A stretch of 38,799 bases of DNA, from positions 1-38,799 of the IMG/VR virus record IMGVR_UViG_3300034065_000102, one strand, 5' to 3'. The notes beneath the pieces were generated by a model. It had not been told where the DNA came from. It did no database searches and saw only the letters and a list, made by a program, of their open reading frames with translations. This DNA comes from a virus (Duplodnaviria; Caudoviricetes). Made by a program: the position numbers and the translations under genes. Positions 19,615-27,583 of the stretch are shown here, piece after piece (position 1 is the first letter of the stretch; each line of letters starts with the position of its first letter).

Positions 19615-20463
19615 TTGACCGAACCAATCCACCCAATCCACATCCTAAGCCTCGGGGCCGGGGTCCAGTCCTCGACAATGGCCCTCATGGCCGCGGCGGG
19701 CGAGATCACCCCGATGCCTGCCGCTGCGATCTTCGCGGACACCCAGGCCGAACCGGCGAGCGTTTACCGCTGGCTTGACTGGTTGGAAACGCAACTGCCA
19801 TTCCCGGTGCATCGGGTGACGGCGGGAAGCCTCGAACGGGAAGCGGTCACATTCCGAACATCCAAGAGCGGAAAGGTGTACACCAAAACGAATATTCCTT
19901 GGTTTACGCTGTCGAAGGACAACCAGATCGGAACCATCCAAATGCGTCAATGCACGCAAGATTATAAGCTGGAACCGATCCGAAAGGCGGTGAGGCAATT
20001 GGCTGGCATCACGCGCGGTCAGAAGTCAGTCGGCGTCATCCAATGGATCGGGATTAGCTTGGATGAGATCTACCGCATGAAGGAAAGCCGCGAGCCTTGG
20101 CAGACCAACCGATGGCCGCTTGTGGATCTGCGGATGAACCGTGTTGACTGCCTGCGGTGGATGGAGGCCAAGGGGTTCCCGAAGCCGCCCCGGAGTGCCT
20201 GTGTGTTCTGCCCGTTCCATAACGACGCGGAGTGGCAACGGTTGAAACGCGACGAACCAGAGGAGTTCGAGCGAGCGGTTGCGTTCGAGCGAGCGGTTAA
20301 GGAGACCAAAGGAAAGATGGTGAATATTAACGCCACGCTTTTCCTTCACCGCTCCTGCGTTCCCCTCGATCAAGTGGACCTCTCGACCGAGGAAGAACGC
20401 GGCCAGACCAGCATGTTCGACAACGGGTTCAACAACGAATGCGAGGGCATGTGTGGCGTGTGA
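19615..20463 (+). CDS. PAPS reductase-like / adenine nucleotide alpha-hydrolase family protein
   Basis: ILSLGAGVQSS PP-loop variant, IFADT, RQCTQDYK, SACVFCPFH, terminal ECEGMCGV. Confidence 0.8.
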   Translation: MTEPIHPIHILSLGAGVQSSTMALMAAAGEITPMPAAAIFADTQAEPASVYRWLDWLETQLPFPVHRVTAGSLEREAVTFRTSKSGKVYTKTNIPWFTLSKDNQIGTIQMRQCTQDYKLEPIRKAVRQLAGITRGQKSVGVIQWIGISLDEIYRMKESREPWQTNRWPLVDLRMNRVDCLRWMEAKGFPKPPRSACVFCPFHNDAEWQRLKRDEPEEFERAVAFERAVKETKGKMVNINATLFLHRSCVPLDQVDLSTEEERGQTSMFDNGFNNECEGMCGV

Positions 20464-20467
20464 CCCC

Positions 20468-20496
20468 TTGACGCCCGCTCACCGAAGGCGTAGGGT
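20468..20496 (+). promoter_or_regulatory. Putative sigma70 promoter
   Basis: TTGACG-17 nt-TAGGGT, intergenic. Confidence 0.5.
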
Positions 20497-20608
20497 TGGC
20501 CTGCACGGGTGCAGGTCCCAAGGGACGGGGCTGGGCCGGGCGGTGCGGCTGAACAGCGCTGACGCCGCCCGGCTCCAATTTAGGCCACTGACTGAACGCA
20601 ACTGACGC

Positions 20609-20812
20609 ATGGCAAAACCAACCGGCATCGAGGCGCAGGTCTGCAAGGACATCGCGGCCCGGCAGAAGAAGGGGATCGCCAAGTACGGCGTCACCGTGTT
20701 GGCCAACCCGGCAGACCTCCGCGAGTGGCTGCAACACGCCTACAAGGAATGCCTCGACCAAGCGGTGTACCTGCGGCGGGCAATCGAGGAGGTCGACCTC
20801 CACAACCCCTGA
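20609..20812 (+). CDS. Small conserved phage helical protein
   Basis: RQKKGIAKYG...WLQHAYKECLDQAVYL pattern common in phages. Confidence 0.7.
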   Translation: MAKPTGIEAQVCKDIAARQKKGIAKYGVTVLANPADLREWLQHAYKECLDQAVYLRRAIEEVDLHNP

Positions 20813-20815
20813 TTT

Positions 20816-21262
20816 ATGGACGACACACTTCTGACCCTGGTTGGCTCGGTGGTCCCTCCCCGGTGGCGCGGAACGGCGCTCGCGCTCGCCGCCGCGTCCC
20901 CCTACATCGTGCGCGGACTCCACGCGCTCTACTGCGGCAAGGGCCTGCGCGGCGTCATGGCGGGCATCTGGCTTGGAACGAACCAACCGAACAACTCGCC
21001 GCCGCCAATGCCGCCCAGTCCGACCTTTCCGCCCCGGGCTGAATCGAGCTACCCGGTTCCGCCGGCCGATGCGCAGCTGTCCACGCCTGCCGTGGTGCGC
21101 CCAATCATGCCATTCCAAGGATTCCAGGATCTGCTCGCGGCTCAAGACGCCAAGGATCGGGCGGTTATCGACGCCTCCACCCCTCTCGGCGCGTCCACGG
21201 CGGACGCGCCAGTTGTCAGGGATTCATTGACAACTCCCCAGCCGGAAACAAAAACCCAGTAA
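20816..21262 (+). CDS. Membrane-associated protein with Pro-rich tail (holin candidate)
   Basis: Hydrophobic N-terminal half, Pro-rich C-terminal half. Confidence 0.55.
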   Translation: MDDTLLTLVGSVVPPRWRGTALALAAASPYIVRGLHALYCGKGLRGVMAGIWLGTNQPNNSPPPMPPSPTFPPRAESSYPVPPADAQLSTPAVVRPIMPFQGFQDLLAAQDAKDRAVIDASTPLGASTADAPVVRDSLTTPQPETKTQ

Positions 21263-21266
21263 CCCC

Positions 21267-21659
21267 ATGAAAAACACCCCGTCACCGAACCAACTCCCGC
21301 GCGTCTTCCCTGACGCCCCGCTCCTTCTGCCATCCTTAATTTTCGCCGCGGCATCCATGATCCTTGAGGTCGCTTGCTTGATCGCGATCACCGGCTGCGC
21401 TGGCATGACCACCCAGCAGAAGGAGATCGCCGCCATTCAATCGGCGCAAATCGTCGGCGACATGGCCGCAATGGAGTGCATCTCCCAGGGCGACACCAAC
21501 CGCGTCCCGGCCATTCAGCGGGCCAGCGCGGCATTCGACGCCGATTGTCAGGCCACCATCGCAGCGATCAACGCGGGGAGCGTCACCAATTGGTCACTGG
21601 TGCTGTCCAACACCCTGCGGCTGCAACAGGGCATCCAGGCCGCCATTGCCGCCCCGTGA
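21267..21659 (+). CDS. Putative lipoprotein
   Basis: Hydrophobic stretch ending in lipobox ITG-C; start uncertain. Confidence 0.6.
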   Translation: MKNTPSPNQLPRVFPDAPLLLPSLIFAAASMILEVACLIAITGCAGMTTQQKEIAAIQSAQIVGDMAAMECISQGDTNRVPAIQRASAAFDADCQATIAAINAGSVTNWSLVLSNTLRLQQGIQAAIAAP

Positions 21660-22168
21660 ACCTCCCCGCCGTCCTCCTGGCCGCCTCGCTGGCGCTACCG
21701 GCTGCCGGGCAGACCAATCTACCGCCCGCCGCGCCTCCGACGCCGCAACCGGCCAGCCAGGCCGCCCTGGGGGCTAATTGGATGGCGGTCCCTTTCCTCA
21801 CCTACTCGACGGGAAGCGCGAACCACTACGGCGGCGGGCTGGCGATCATCTCCGAGATCACGCCAACCGTGGCAACCGGCCTGCGGCTGGACTATCTCGA
21901 CGGGTCGGTGTGGATGCCGTCCATGTCGTTACAGCTCCAGACACCCGTCCCGATTGGCCGGCTAACGCTGGTGCCGTTCGCATTCTCTGGGGCGGCCACT
22001 CCGCTTTCTGGGTCGTCGGCTGGCGCTGCGGTCGGCATCGTCGGGGCCGGTCTGGCTGCCCGGGTCGCGGACTGGAGCGGCGTGGGTCTGGACGTGGTGG
22101 CGGATCTCGAGCATTGGACCAGTGTCGGCGGGACGCAGGCTAGGTTCGGCTTGGTCGTGAGATTCTAA
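21656..22168 (+). CDS. Putative small outer-membrane beta-barrel protein
   Basis: Signal (M)NLPAVLLAASLALPAAG-Q, amphipathic strands, C-terminal QARFGLVVRF; GTGA overlap. Confidence 0.65.
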   Translation: MNLPAVLLAASLALPAAGQTNLPPAAPPTPQPASQAALGANWMAVPFLTYSTGSANHYGGGLAIISEITPTVATGLRLDYLDGSVWMPSMSLQLQTPVPIGRLTLVPFAFSGAATPLSGSSAGAAVGIVGAGLAARVADWSGVGLDVVADLEHWTSVGGTQARFGLVVRF

Positions 22169-22578
22169 TGCCCTTCCATTCCCGCCCCGATCTTCTGGTC
22201 CGCACACAGGACGGCCGCAACGTCATCCTACAGGAGCCGCTGGAGTTCGTTCGGGCATCTGACATGCGGCGCTTCCGCGCGCCCGTGGGGACCACCAGCG
22301 ACGGGGCTAGCACACCCGCCGCGCTCTGGCCGACGATCCCGCCGTTCGGGGCCTACTGGCGGGCGGCCGTGCTGCATGATGCGGCCTATCGCGGCGCACT
22401 CGACACCTCCGACGATGGCCTGCTGTGGCGCCCGGCCTTCCTCGCGAAGGACGAATGCGATGCACTGTTCTTCGAGGCAATGGAGTGCCTCGGGGTGACG
22501 CTGGTTGAGGCGCAGACCATCTACCAGGGTGTGCATCTCATGGGCGGCGGCGCGTTCGACGCAGACCGCGCCAGCTAA
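22168..22578 (+). CDS. DUF1353 family protein
   Basis: APVGTTSDGASTP, YWRAAVLHDAAY, CDALFFEAM. Confidence 0.8.
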   Translation: MPFHSRPDLLVRTQDGRNVILQEPLEFVRASDMRRFRAPVGTTSDGASTPAALWPTIPPFGAYWRAAVLHDAAYRGALDTSDDGLLWRPAFLAKDECDALFFEAMECLGVTLVEAQTIYQGVHLMGGGAFDADRAS

Positions 22579-22580
22579 TT

Positions 22581-22600
22581 TCCCCGCCCGTTGCGGGGGA
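22581..22600. terminator. Hairpin at convergence of + and - transcription
   Basis: TCCCCGC-CCGTT-GCGGGGGA; no clear U-tract. Confidence 0.35.
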
Positions 22601-22609
22601 TGTGAGGGT

Positions 22610-22918
22610 GTTCGGCCCCACGGCGGAGTAATCCACCGTGGGGCTTGCGGCTACTACCACGACCGCGACCGCGACCCCGACCACGACTGCGACCCCGACC
22701 ACGACTGCGACCCCAACCACGACTGCGACCCCAACCACGACCGCGACCCCAACCACGACCGCGACCCCGACCGCGACCACGACCGCGACCCCAACCACGA
22801 CCCCGACGCCGACCCCGACCCCGACGCCGACCCCGACGCCGACCCCGACCCCGACGCCGACCCCGACCGCGACCACGACCATCCCGCGAATGCAAGGGCG
22901 GCGGTCACTTCTGTGTGA
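22610..22918 (-). repeat. Cassette copy A: conserved 5' flank + (GGTCGN)n hexamer array + TAGTAG + 13-bp hairpin
   Basis: Flanks near-identical to 23298-23570; hairpin 22615-22644. Confidence 0.9.
22654..22908 (-). CDS. Ser-X dipeptide-repeat peptide (MTAALAFAGW-(SW/SR/SG/SA/SQ/LG)n)
   Basis: GTGA overlap with upstream stop, double TAG stop, paralogous to 23342-23560. Confidence 0.5.
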   Translation of the reverse strand: MTAALAFAGWSWSRSGSASGSGSASGSASGSGSASGSWLGSRSWSRSGSRSWLGSRSWLGSQSWLGSQSWSGSQSWSGSRSRSW

Positions 22919-23252
22919 GGTTGAGGGCGTCGATCCGCACGGCGTCCACCAGGCTGCCGCGCCCGATGATGACCTGCTTTCCGGCGGGGAACGGCTCGAC
23001 CTCCGCGAACGCCGATGTGGCGACGGCCTGAGCAAACCTCCCGTCGTCAGGTATCCACGCGGCGTCTTCGAGCACCAGCTCCTGCGGGGTCACCTTGACC
23101 AGCCTCCCCTGATGGTGGTGCGTCACCGTGCGAAGGAAGTAGGGCTTTCCGATCTCCCAATGGCTGTCATCCTGAGCTTTGTCCTGAGCTTTGAGTTGAA
23201 ACAGAGCCGCGATCTGCCGCGCCTCTCCGACTGTGAGTTTTTCGATATCCAC
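22905..23252 (-). CDS. DUF6948-like small beta-barrel protein
   Basis: IGKPYFLRTVTHHHQGRLVKVTPQELVLEDAAWIPDDGRF; GTG start preceded by AAAGGAAATAAA. Confidence 0.75.
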   Translation of the reverse strand: MDIEKLTVGEARQIAALFQLKAQDKAQDDSHWEIGKPYFLRTVTHHHQGRLVKVTPQELVLEDAAWIPDDGRFAQAVATSAFAEVEPFPAGKQVIIGRGSLVDAVRIDALNLTQK

Positions 23253-23297
23253 TTTATTTCCTTTGTTTGCCCCCTGGCTGAATACCAAGGGGAAATC

Positions 23298-23570
23298 GTT
23301 CGGCCCCACGGCGGAGTAATCCACCGTGGGGCTTGCGGCTACTACCACGACCGCGACCGCGACCCCGACCGCGACCACGACCGCGACCCCGACCGCGACC
23401 ACGACCACGACCCCGACCCCGACCGCGACCCCGACCACGACCACGACCACGACCGCGACCCCGACCGCGACCGCGACCACGACCCCAACCACGACCGCGA
23501 CCCCGACCCCGACCACGACCGCGACCGCGACCATCCCGCGAATGCAAGGGCGGCGTTCACTTTTGTGTGA
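23298..23570 (-). repeat. Cassette copy B: conserved 5' flank + (GGTCGN)n hexamer array + TAGTAG + 13-bp hairpin
   Basis: Flanks near-identical to 22610-22918. Confidence 0.9.
23342..23560 (-). CDS. Ser-X dipeptide-repeat peptide (MNAALAFAGW-(SR/SW/SG)n)
   Basis: GTGA overlap, double TAG stop. Confidence 0.5.
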   Translation of the reverse strand: MNAALAFAGWSRSRSWSGSGSRSWLGSWSRSRSGSRSWSWSWSGSRSGSGSWSWSRSGSRSWSRSGSRSRSW

Positions 23571-23853
23571 CCGCGCGTTTGACTTCAAGCCGGTCGAGTT
23601 CCACCAGCTCGGAATCGGTAATGGTGTCCTCCACCTCTCTCTTGACCAGAGCGAGGAATCGGCGCTCGTTCTTCGTCCGGCGCTTCCGGGGCGCGGCGAC
23701 CTTTCGCTTCTTCGCCTTCGCGGCCAGGGCGGCGCGCGCGATGCGATCCGCCGCCTGATTCAATAGACCGGCGAGGCCTGTTAATCCAGACGCGGTTCGC
23801 CTGATCGCTTCGTCGCGCAACACCTGCACCAGTTCCTTGTCGCTCATGCTCAT
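23557..23853 (-). CDS. Hypothetical basic protein
   Basis: Coupled ORF in - operon; start uncertain. Confidence 0.6.
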   Translation of the reverse strand: MSMSDKELVQVLRDEAIRRTASGLTGLAGLLNQAADRIARAALAAKAKKRKVAAPRKRRTKNERRFLALVKREVEDTITDSELVELDRLEVKRAVTQK

Positions 23854-24245
23854 TTCCATTCCTCCTCGCAGATCTGCTCGTCGATGTAAGCGAGGCGTCG
23901 CGCGGCCTCCATTTCAGCGGCGTAGCGCAGCGCCTTGAGCGCCAGAATCCTTGTGGAGTATAGCCAGATCGGATGTTTCATTGTAGTGTGGTCGGCGCAC
24001 CCAATCGCGTGCTCAGTGCTGCTGGAGCACGCCTTATGAATGCCGTGGGTGACGTATGGATGCCACCCTGTGCTCAGTGTGCCGCGTGGTGCTTTGGCGC
24101 TCGGCGGCGCAACGTCCGGCTTCACCGGGTCGGTCCATCGCAACGCGGACCTGACAAGGGCAGCCTCGTTCAGTTCCTCAATGTGATCCCGCACCCATTG
24201 GGGCAGGCGGGCGATCCGTTCCTCGATTGGTTTTTGCTGTTTCAT
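23850..24245 (-). CDS. Hypothetical protein
   Basis: 131-aa coupled ORF. Confidence 0.65.
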   Translation of the reverse strand: MKQQKPIEERIARLPQWVRDHIEELNEAALVRSALRWTDPVKPDVAPPSAKAPRGTLSTGWHPYVTHGIHKACSSSTEHAIGCADHTTMKHPIWLYSTRILALKALRYAAEMEAARRLAYIDEQICEEEWK

Positions 24246-24299
24246 AGGGGTTTCATGGGTTAATCCGTCAGTGCGAACTTATTGCTTTGCTCGCCGCGA

Positions 24300-24584
24300 T
24301 CAAACCGACCACCGCAGGCGAGTTGTCCGCGTCAACTCATCGATCAACACATCGGCTTGCCTCACCGCCCATATGGCGCGGTTCTGCTCTGCCGTTCGGA
24401 TAAGGCGGTGTGGAATGGTCGTTTTGGTGGCTTTGTCGTAGATACAAGCATAGCGCGTCTCGCAGCCTATTTCATTGACGTAGGTAGCAGCTTCTTCTCC
24501 GCGCGCAATAGCGCCCTGCAGGCACGCGGTTGCGATCTGTGTCCGTATCATCTCCTCGCTGAATAGTAATGGTGTCTCTCGCAT
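24300..24584 (-). CDS. Hypothetical protein
   Basis: ATG 24584; WAVRQADVLIDEL motif typical of small phage proteins. Confidence 0.55.
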   Translation of the reverse strand: MRETPLLFSEEMIRTQIATACLQGAIARGEEAATYVNEIGCETRYACIYDKATKTTIPHRLIRTAEQNRAIWAVRQADVLIDELTRTTRLRWSV

Positions 24585-24585
24585 G

Positions 24586-24801
24586 TTAGCCCTTCGGGAT
24601 CGGAAACCATCCGATTGGATTGATCGCCCGCCGGTCAAGGTCCATATCCCACAGACGGCCACAAAACCACCGACACCGGCTGGGGTATTCGGAGTTCGAC
24701 TCGCGCACCAGGAATGTGCCATCCTTGGGAACGGTATCCATCGGACGCCAGCGCAGCGCGTCGGACCCGGCCTCGTCCTGGATTTCTTCGGATGTTCTCA
24801 T
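24586..24801 (-). CDS. DUF551-like small protein
   Basis: WRPMDTVPKDGT...PIGWFPIP. Confidence 0.65.
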   Translation of the reverse strand: MRTSEEIQDEAGSDALRWRPMDTVPKDGTFLVRESNSEYPSRCRWFCGRLWDMDLDRRAINPIGWFPIPKG

Positions 24802-24804
24802 GTG

Positions 24805-25338
24805 TTATTGGCAGGCAGCAACCCCATCGCCGCCGTCAAAGGTGAAGTAGGCAATTCGCAGATCAAAAGTTTCGCTCGTCGGCTTGGGAACGTGCAGCAC
24901 GAATCCCGGCAGTTCGGTCGCGCGCATGAAGTTGGCCGACGCGACGAACGCCATCCCACAGATCGTCACAGTGTTGGATGACGCCTCGCACCGCGCGCCG
25001 TGGCAGGCTCCACAGGGGTGCACAGCCTCACAACAGGGGCATTTGTGCTCGCCGGACCCGTCGCACATTCCGCAGGGGTGTGTTGCGCCCACAACCTCAC
25101 TTAGCTTGAGGTTATCGACGCGCGTGTATCCCCGGTCCGCGTGCCGGTCCGTGTGCGACGGAAACAGCCCGTCATACGCGGCAGCGGTCTCGGCGTCTTT
25201 CTCTGGGACGCCATCGACCGCTGCCGCTCGAACCATTATGCGGCCGTCAGTCGCGTAACTACGGTCCCCAAAAGTGAATGCTTTGTATCCCCTCAGACCG
25301 CCCGCGAACCGCTCCAACTCTTCCTTTGTCATCTTCAT
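24805..25338 (-). CDS. Hypothetical protein with DnaJ-type Zn-finger motifs
   Basis: YATDGRIMVR; CGMCDGSG, CPCC, CGACHGA. Confidence 0.7.
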   Translation of the reverse strand: MKMTKEELERFAGGLRGYKAFTFGDRSYATDGRIMVRAAAVDGVPEKDAETAAAYDGLFPSHTDRHADRGYTRVDNLKLSEVVGATHPCGMCDGSGEHKCPCCEAVHPCGACHGARCEASSNTVTICGMAFVASANFMRATELPGFVLHVPKPTSETFDLRIAYFTFDGGDGVAACQ

Positions 25339-25730
25339 TTCGTCTCCTTTCGCCACTCGTTGATCCTCTCCAAATACTGCTCGAAATTCCAAACCACGGC
25401 GTAACGGTGTCCCAGCTTCTGTGCTGCCGCGCCGAACGCCTGCTGCTTCTCTGTGAGCTTGCCGCCGCGGGCCTTGCACTCGATCCAGTAGGTCTGCCCG
25501 CCGTCAGCGACAATGCCAAAATCCGGAACCCCGCAGGCCGTGGTGCTGGCCATGTCCATTCGGGAATGCACCGCCAGCCATCCCCGGCGCCGGATGTCGT
25601 CCATGATCTGCCCGTGCAACTCACTCTCGCGTTCCACTGCGTCAGACGGTGCAGTCTGGCCTGTGGATGCTCGGTTGCGGGCTCGGTGGCGAGCCTCGAG
25701 TACAGCCACCCATTCGGAGGTGAACCTCAC
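25335..25730 (-). CDS. VRR-NUC domain nuclease
   Basis: ESELHGQI, GVPDF, WIECKARGGKLTEKQQAF. Confidence 0.88.
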   Translation of the reverse strand: MRFTSEWVAVLEARHRARNRASTGQTAPSDAVERESELHGQIMDDIRRRGWLAVHSRMDMASTTACGVPDFGIVADGGQTYWIECKARGGKLTEKQQAFGAAAQKLGHRYAVVWNFEQYLERINEWRKETK

Positions 25731-25978
25731 TTGGCACCCCCTTCCCTATTCGCCCGCCTCCAATTGGGATTGAGGATGACCAGAACCTTGTCGGCGTTGA
25801 TCAGCAGTTCGTCGGCAATAGCTTTAGCGGGGTCTCCTGGACCCGCGGCGCCGCTATTGCACGCCACATTCAATCCCTCCTGAATAATCGGAACCAACGC
25901 GGCAACCTGCGCCAGCTCATCGTCCGGATACTCGATCCCGTTGACTTCCCAAACCGTCTTTTGTGTTTTCTTGATCAT
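25727..25978 (-). CDS. Hypothetical protein
   Basis: Coupled ORF. Confidence 0.6.
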   Translation of the reverse strand: MIKKTQKTVWEVNGIEYPDDELAQVAALVPIIQEGLNVACNSGAAGPGDPAKAIADELLINADKVLVILNPNWRRANREGGAK

Positions 25979-25990
25979 ATAGTCATTTCG

Positions 25991-26188
25991 TTACTTCACC
26001 ACTTCGTTAGTGATAACTGTCGTCCGCTTCAAGATGCGGGAATGTCCTTTGCGGAAGTTGCTGGCGATTGTTCTGGCGGAGTCCGCGTCCAACTCCTCGG
26101 ACACGAAGACCCAATCGCCACCCTTCGCTTTCCGCCACTCGACGATGTAAGACTCCCTCTTGGTCGTTAGCGAGAATGGTTCGCTCAC
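25991..26188 (-). CDS. Hypothetical protein
   Basis: Coupled ORF. Confidence 0.55.
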   Translation of the reverse strand: MSEPFSLTTKRESYIVEWRKAKGGDWVFVSEELDADSARTIASNFRKGHSRILKRTTVITNEVVK

Positions 26189-26418
26189 TTGGCACCACCC
26201 TTCAGCTTGTGCGCCGGGCAGTAATGCCGACCGTCTGCCGTCGCGGTCCAGCCGTTGACCTGCAACTTCCGGTCAACGCATCGCGGGTAATCTGACTCGT
26301 TGTAATCGGACATTGTCCACGTCTTGCATTGGATGCTCGCGGCCTTGCATCTGGTGTTCGCATCACCGACCATCTCCTTGTGATCGCAGGTGCTCTCAAC
26401 CAAGATCGAGTGACTCAC
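26185..26418 (-). CDS. Small Cys/His protein
   Basis: GWTATADGRHYCPAH motif; coupled ORF. Confidence 0.6.
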   Translation of the reverse strand: MSHSILVESTCDHKEMVGDANTRCKAASIQCKTWTMSDYNESDYPRCVDRKLQVNGWTATADGRHYCPAHKLKGGAK

Positions 26419-26762
26419 TGCGAACCTCCCGCTTCCGCGATCTTCGCGTCAAGCGCGGCCAGCTCGGCGGCGAGTTCAGCCCGGCGCGCCTGGGGTGAAC
26501 TTTTGATAATCCTGGACTCAACTTCCGCAATCGCATTCTGAGCGGCCAGCGCTGGCGAGCTTCCGGACTCCGTAACCATGGACCACTCCGGTCCGCACTT
26601 GTCAACGCATGCGATGTATGAGTGTTGGTCGGACTCCAAATGGCTCCCCTTCGGAAAGCGCCTTGCCCAGATGCTCACCGGGCATCCCGGGAAGCGGCCT
26701 GAAAGCGCGTCCAGCGCCGCGTTGATCTCGTCACCGTTTACCGTCAGTCTCTCGTTGCTCAT
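26415..26762 (-). CDS. Hypothetical protein
   Basis: 115-aa ORF with A/C-rich leader. Confidence 0.65.
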   Translation of the reverse strand: MSNERLTVNGDEINAALDALSGRFPGCPVSIWARRFPKGSHLESDQHSYIACVDKCGPEWSMVTESGSSPALAAQNAIAEVESRIIKSSPQARRAELAAELAALDAKIAEAGGSQ

Positions 26763-26854
26763 GTTGTTTTCTGTGTTATTCCGTCCAAAGGTTAAGGGCT
26801 TTCAAAAGGGCCTCGCACCGCTGATCACCAAAGCGCGCAGGTGCTTTTGTGTAA

Positions 26855-27583
26855 TCACGGCGTCATGTCCCCCGTTGCGCGCGCGTAATCGCTTTCAAGC
26901 TCCGGTTGGGCCATCGGCGCGGGCGGCGGTGTGCGCCAGTCTCTCGGCTCCCCGCCGTTCATTTTGACCAAGGTCTCCCATGCGGCATCCATCTCGGAGG
27001 TGAACACGCGAAGCGCGGATTGCATCTTCTGCGCGATATCGTCGTCGCGCCCAACCTTGATGCACAGCGGCGGCATGCGTCGGCGGTACGAGAAAAACCA
27101 CCAGAACGGCGCGCCCGTAACCAGCATCGAAAAATGAACCTGCAACCGATACTCGGGTGGAAGCTCGCCATCCAGCAGGTAGCGGAGGTGCGTCTGGGGG
27201 AGAGGGCACTTGACCTCCACGCCGCCAACAATGTCGCCGTCGTCCCCCATGATGACGCCATCCGGCGAGCACCCGGCCCGCCCGTCGTCGGTGGAAATGA
27301 ACCCAACGGCTTGGACCGCGACCCCGGTTTCCAAGGCGAACCCCCGGCGGGCTTCGGATTCAAGTATTCGGCCTTGGTCCATGTCCCATGTGTTCGCCCC
27401 GGGCAGTGGACCGCCCCACCGCTCGGCCAGCTTCTCGGCTAGATAGGACTGGAAGCCCTTACCCTCGACCGCTTTCAGCTTGCCCGGGGTAATGATGCGA
27501 TCCGCCTCGCTCGCAGTGACGACACCACACCTCAAATTGAACCAGTCCAGCGATCCCTGCTCGTACTCGTTGTTGATCTTCAC
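26855..27583 (-). CDS. YqaJ / lambda-exonuclease family recombination nuclease
   Basis: EQGSLDWFNLRCGVVTASE, GCSPDG, EVKCP, YRLQVHFSM. Confidence 0.92.
   Translation of the reverse strand: MKINNEYEQGSLDWFNLRCGVVTASEADRIITPGKLKAVEGKGFQSYLAEKLAERWGGPLPGANTWDMDQGRILESEARRGFALETGVAVQAVGFISTDDGRAGCSPDGVIMGDDGDIVGGVEVKCPLPQTHLRYLLDGELPPEYRLQVHFSMLVTGAPFWWFFSYRRRMPPLCIKVGRDDDIAQKMQSALRVFTSEMDAAWETLVKMNGGEPRDWRTPPPAPMAQPELESDYARATGDMTP

Noticed and set aside
22610-23570. Diversity-generating retroelement TR/VR pair with hairpin
   Set aside because: No reverse transcriptase in the genome; the copies differ in unit number and order, not by adenine-specific substitutions
23253-23588. Poly-Val N-terminal extension of the DUF6948-like ORF
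   Set aside because: Alternative frame of the repeat; a GTG with a good ribosome-binding context exists at 23252
22638-23766. + strand Thr/Pro-, Arg/Pro- and Asp/His-repeat ORFs
   Set aside because: Antisense shadows of the hexamer repeat that overlap well-supported - strand genes
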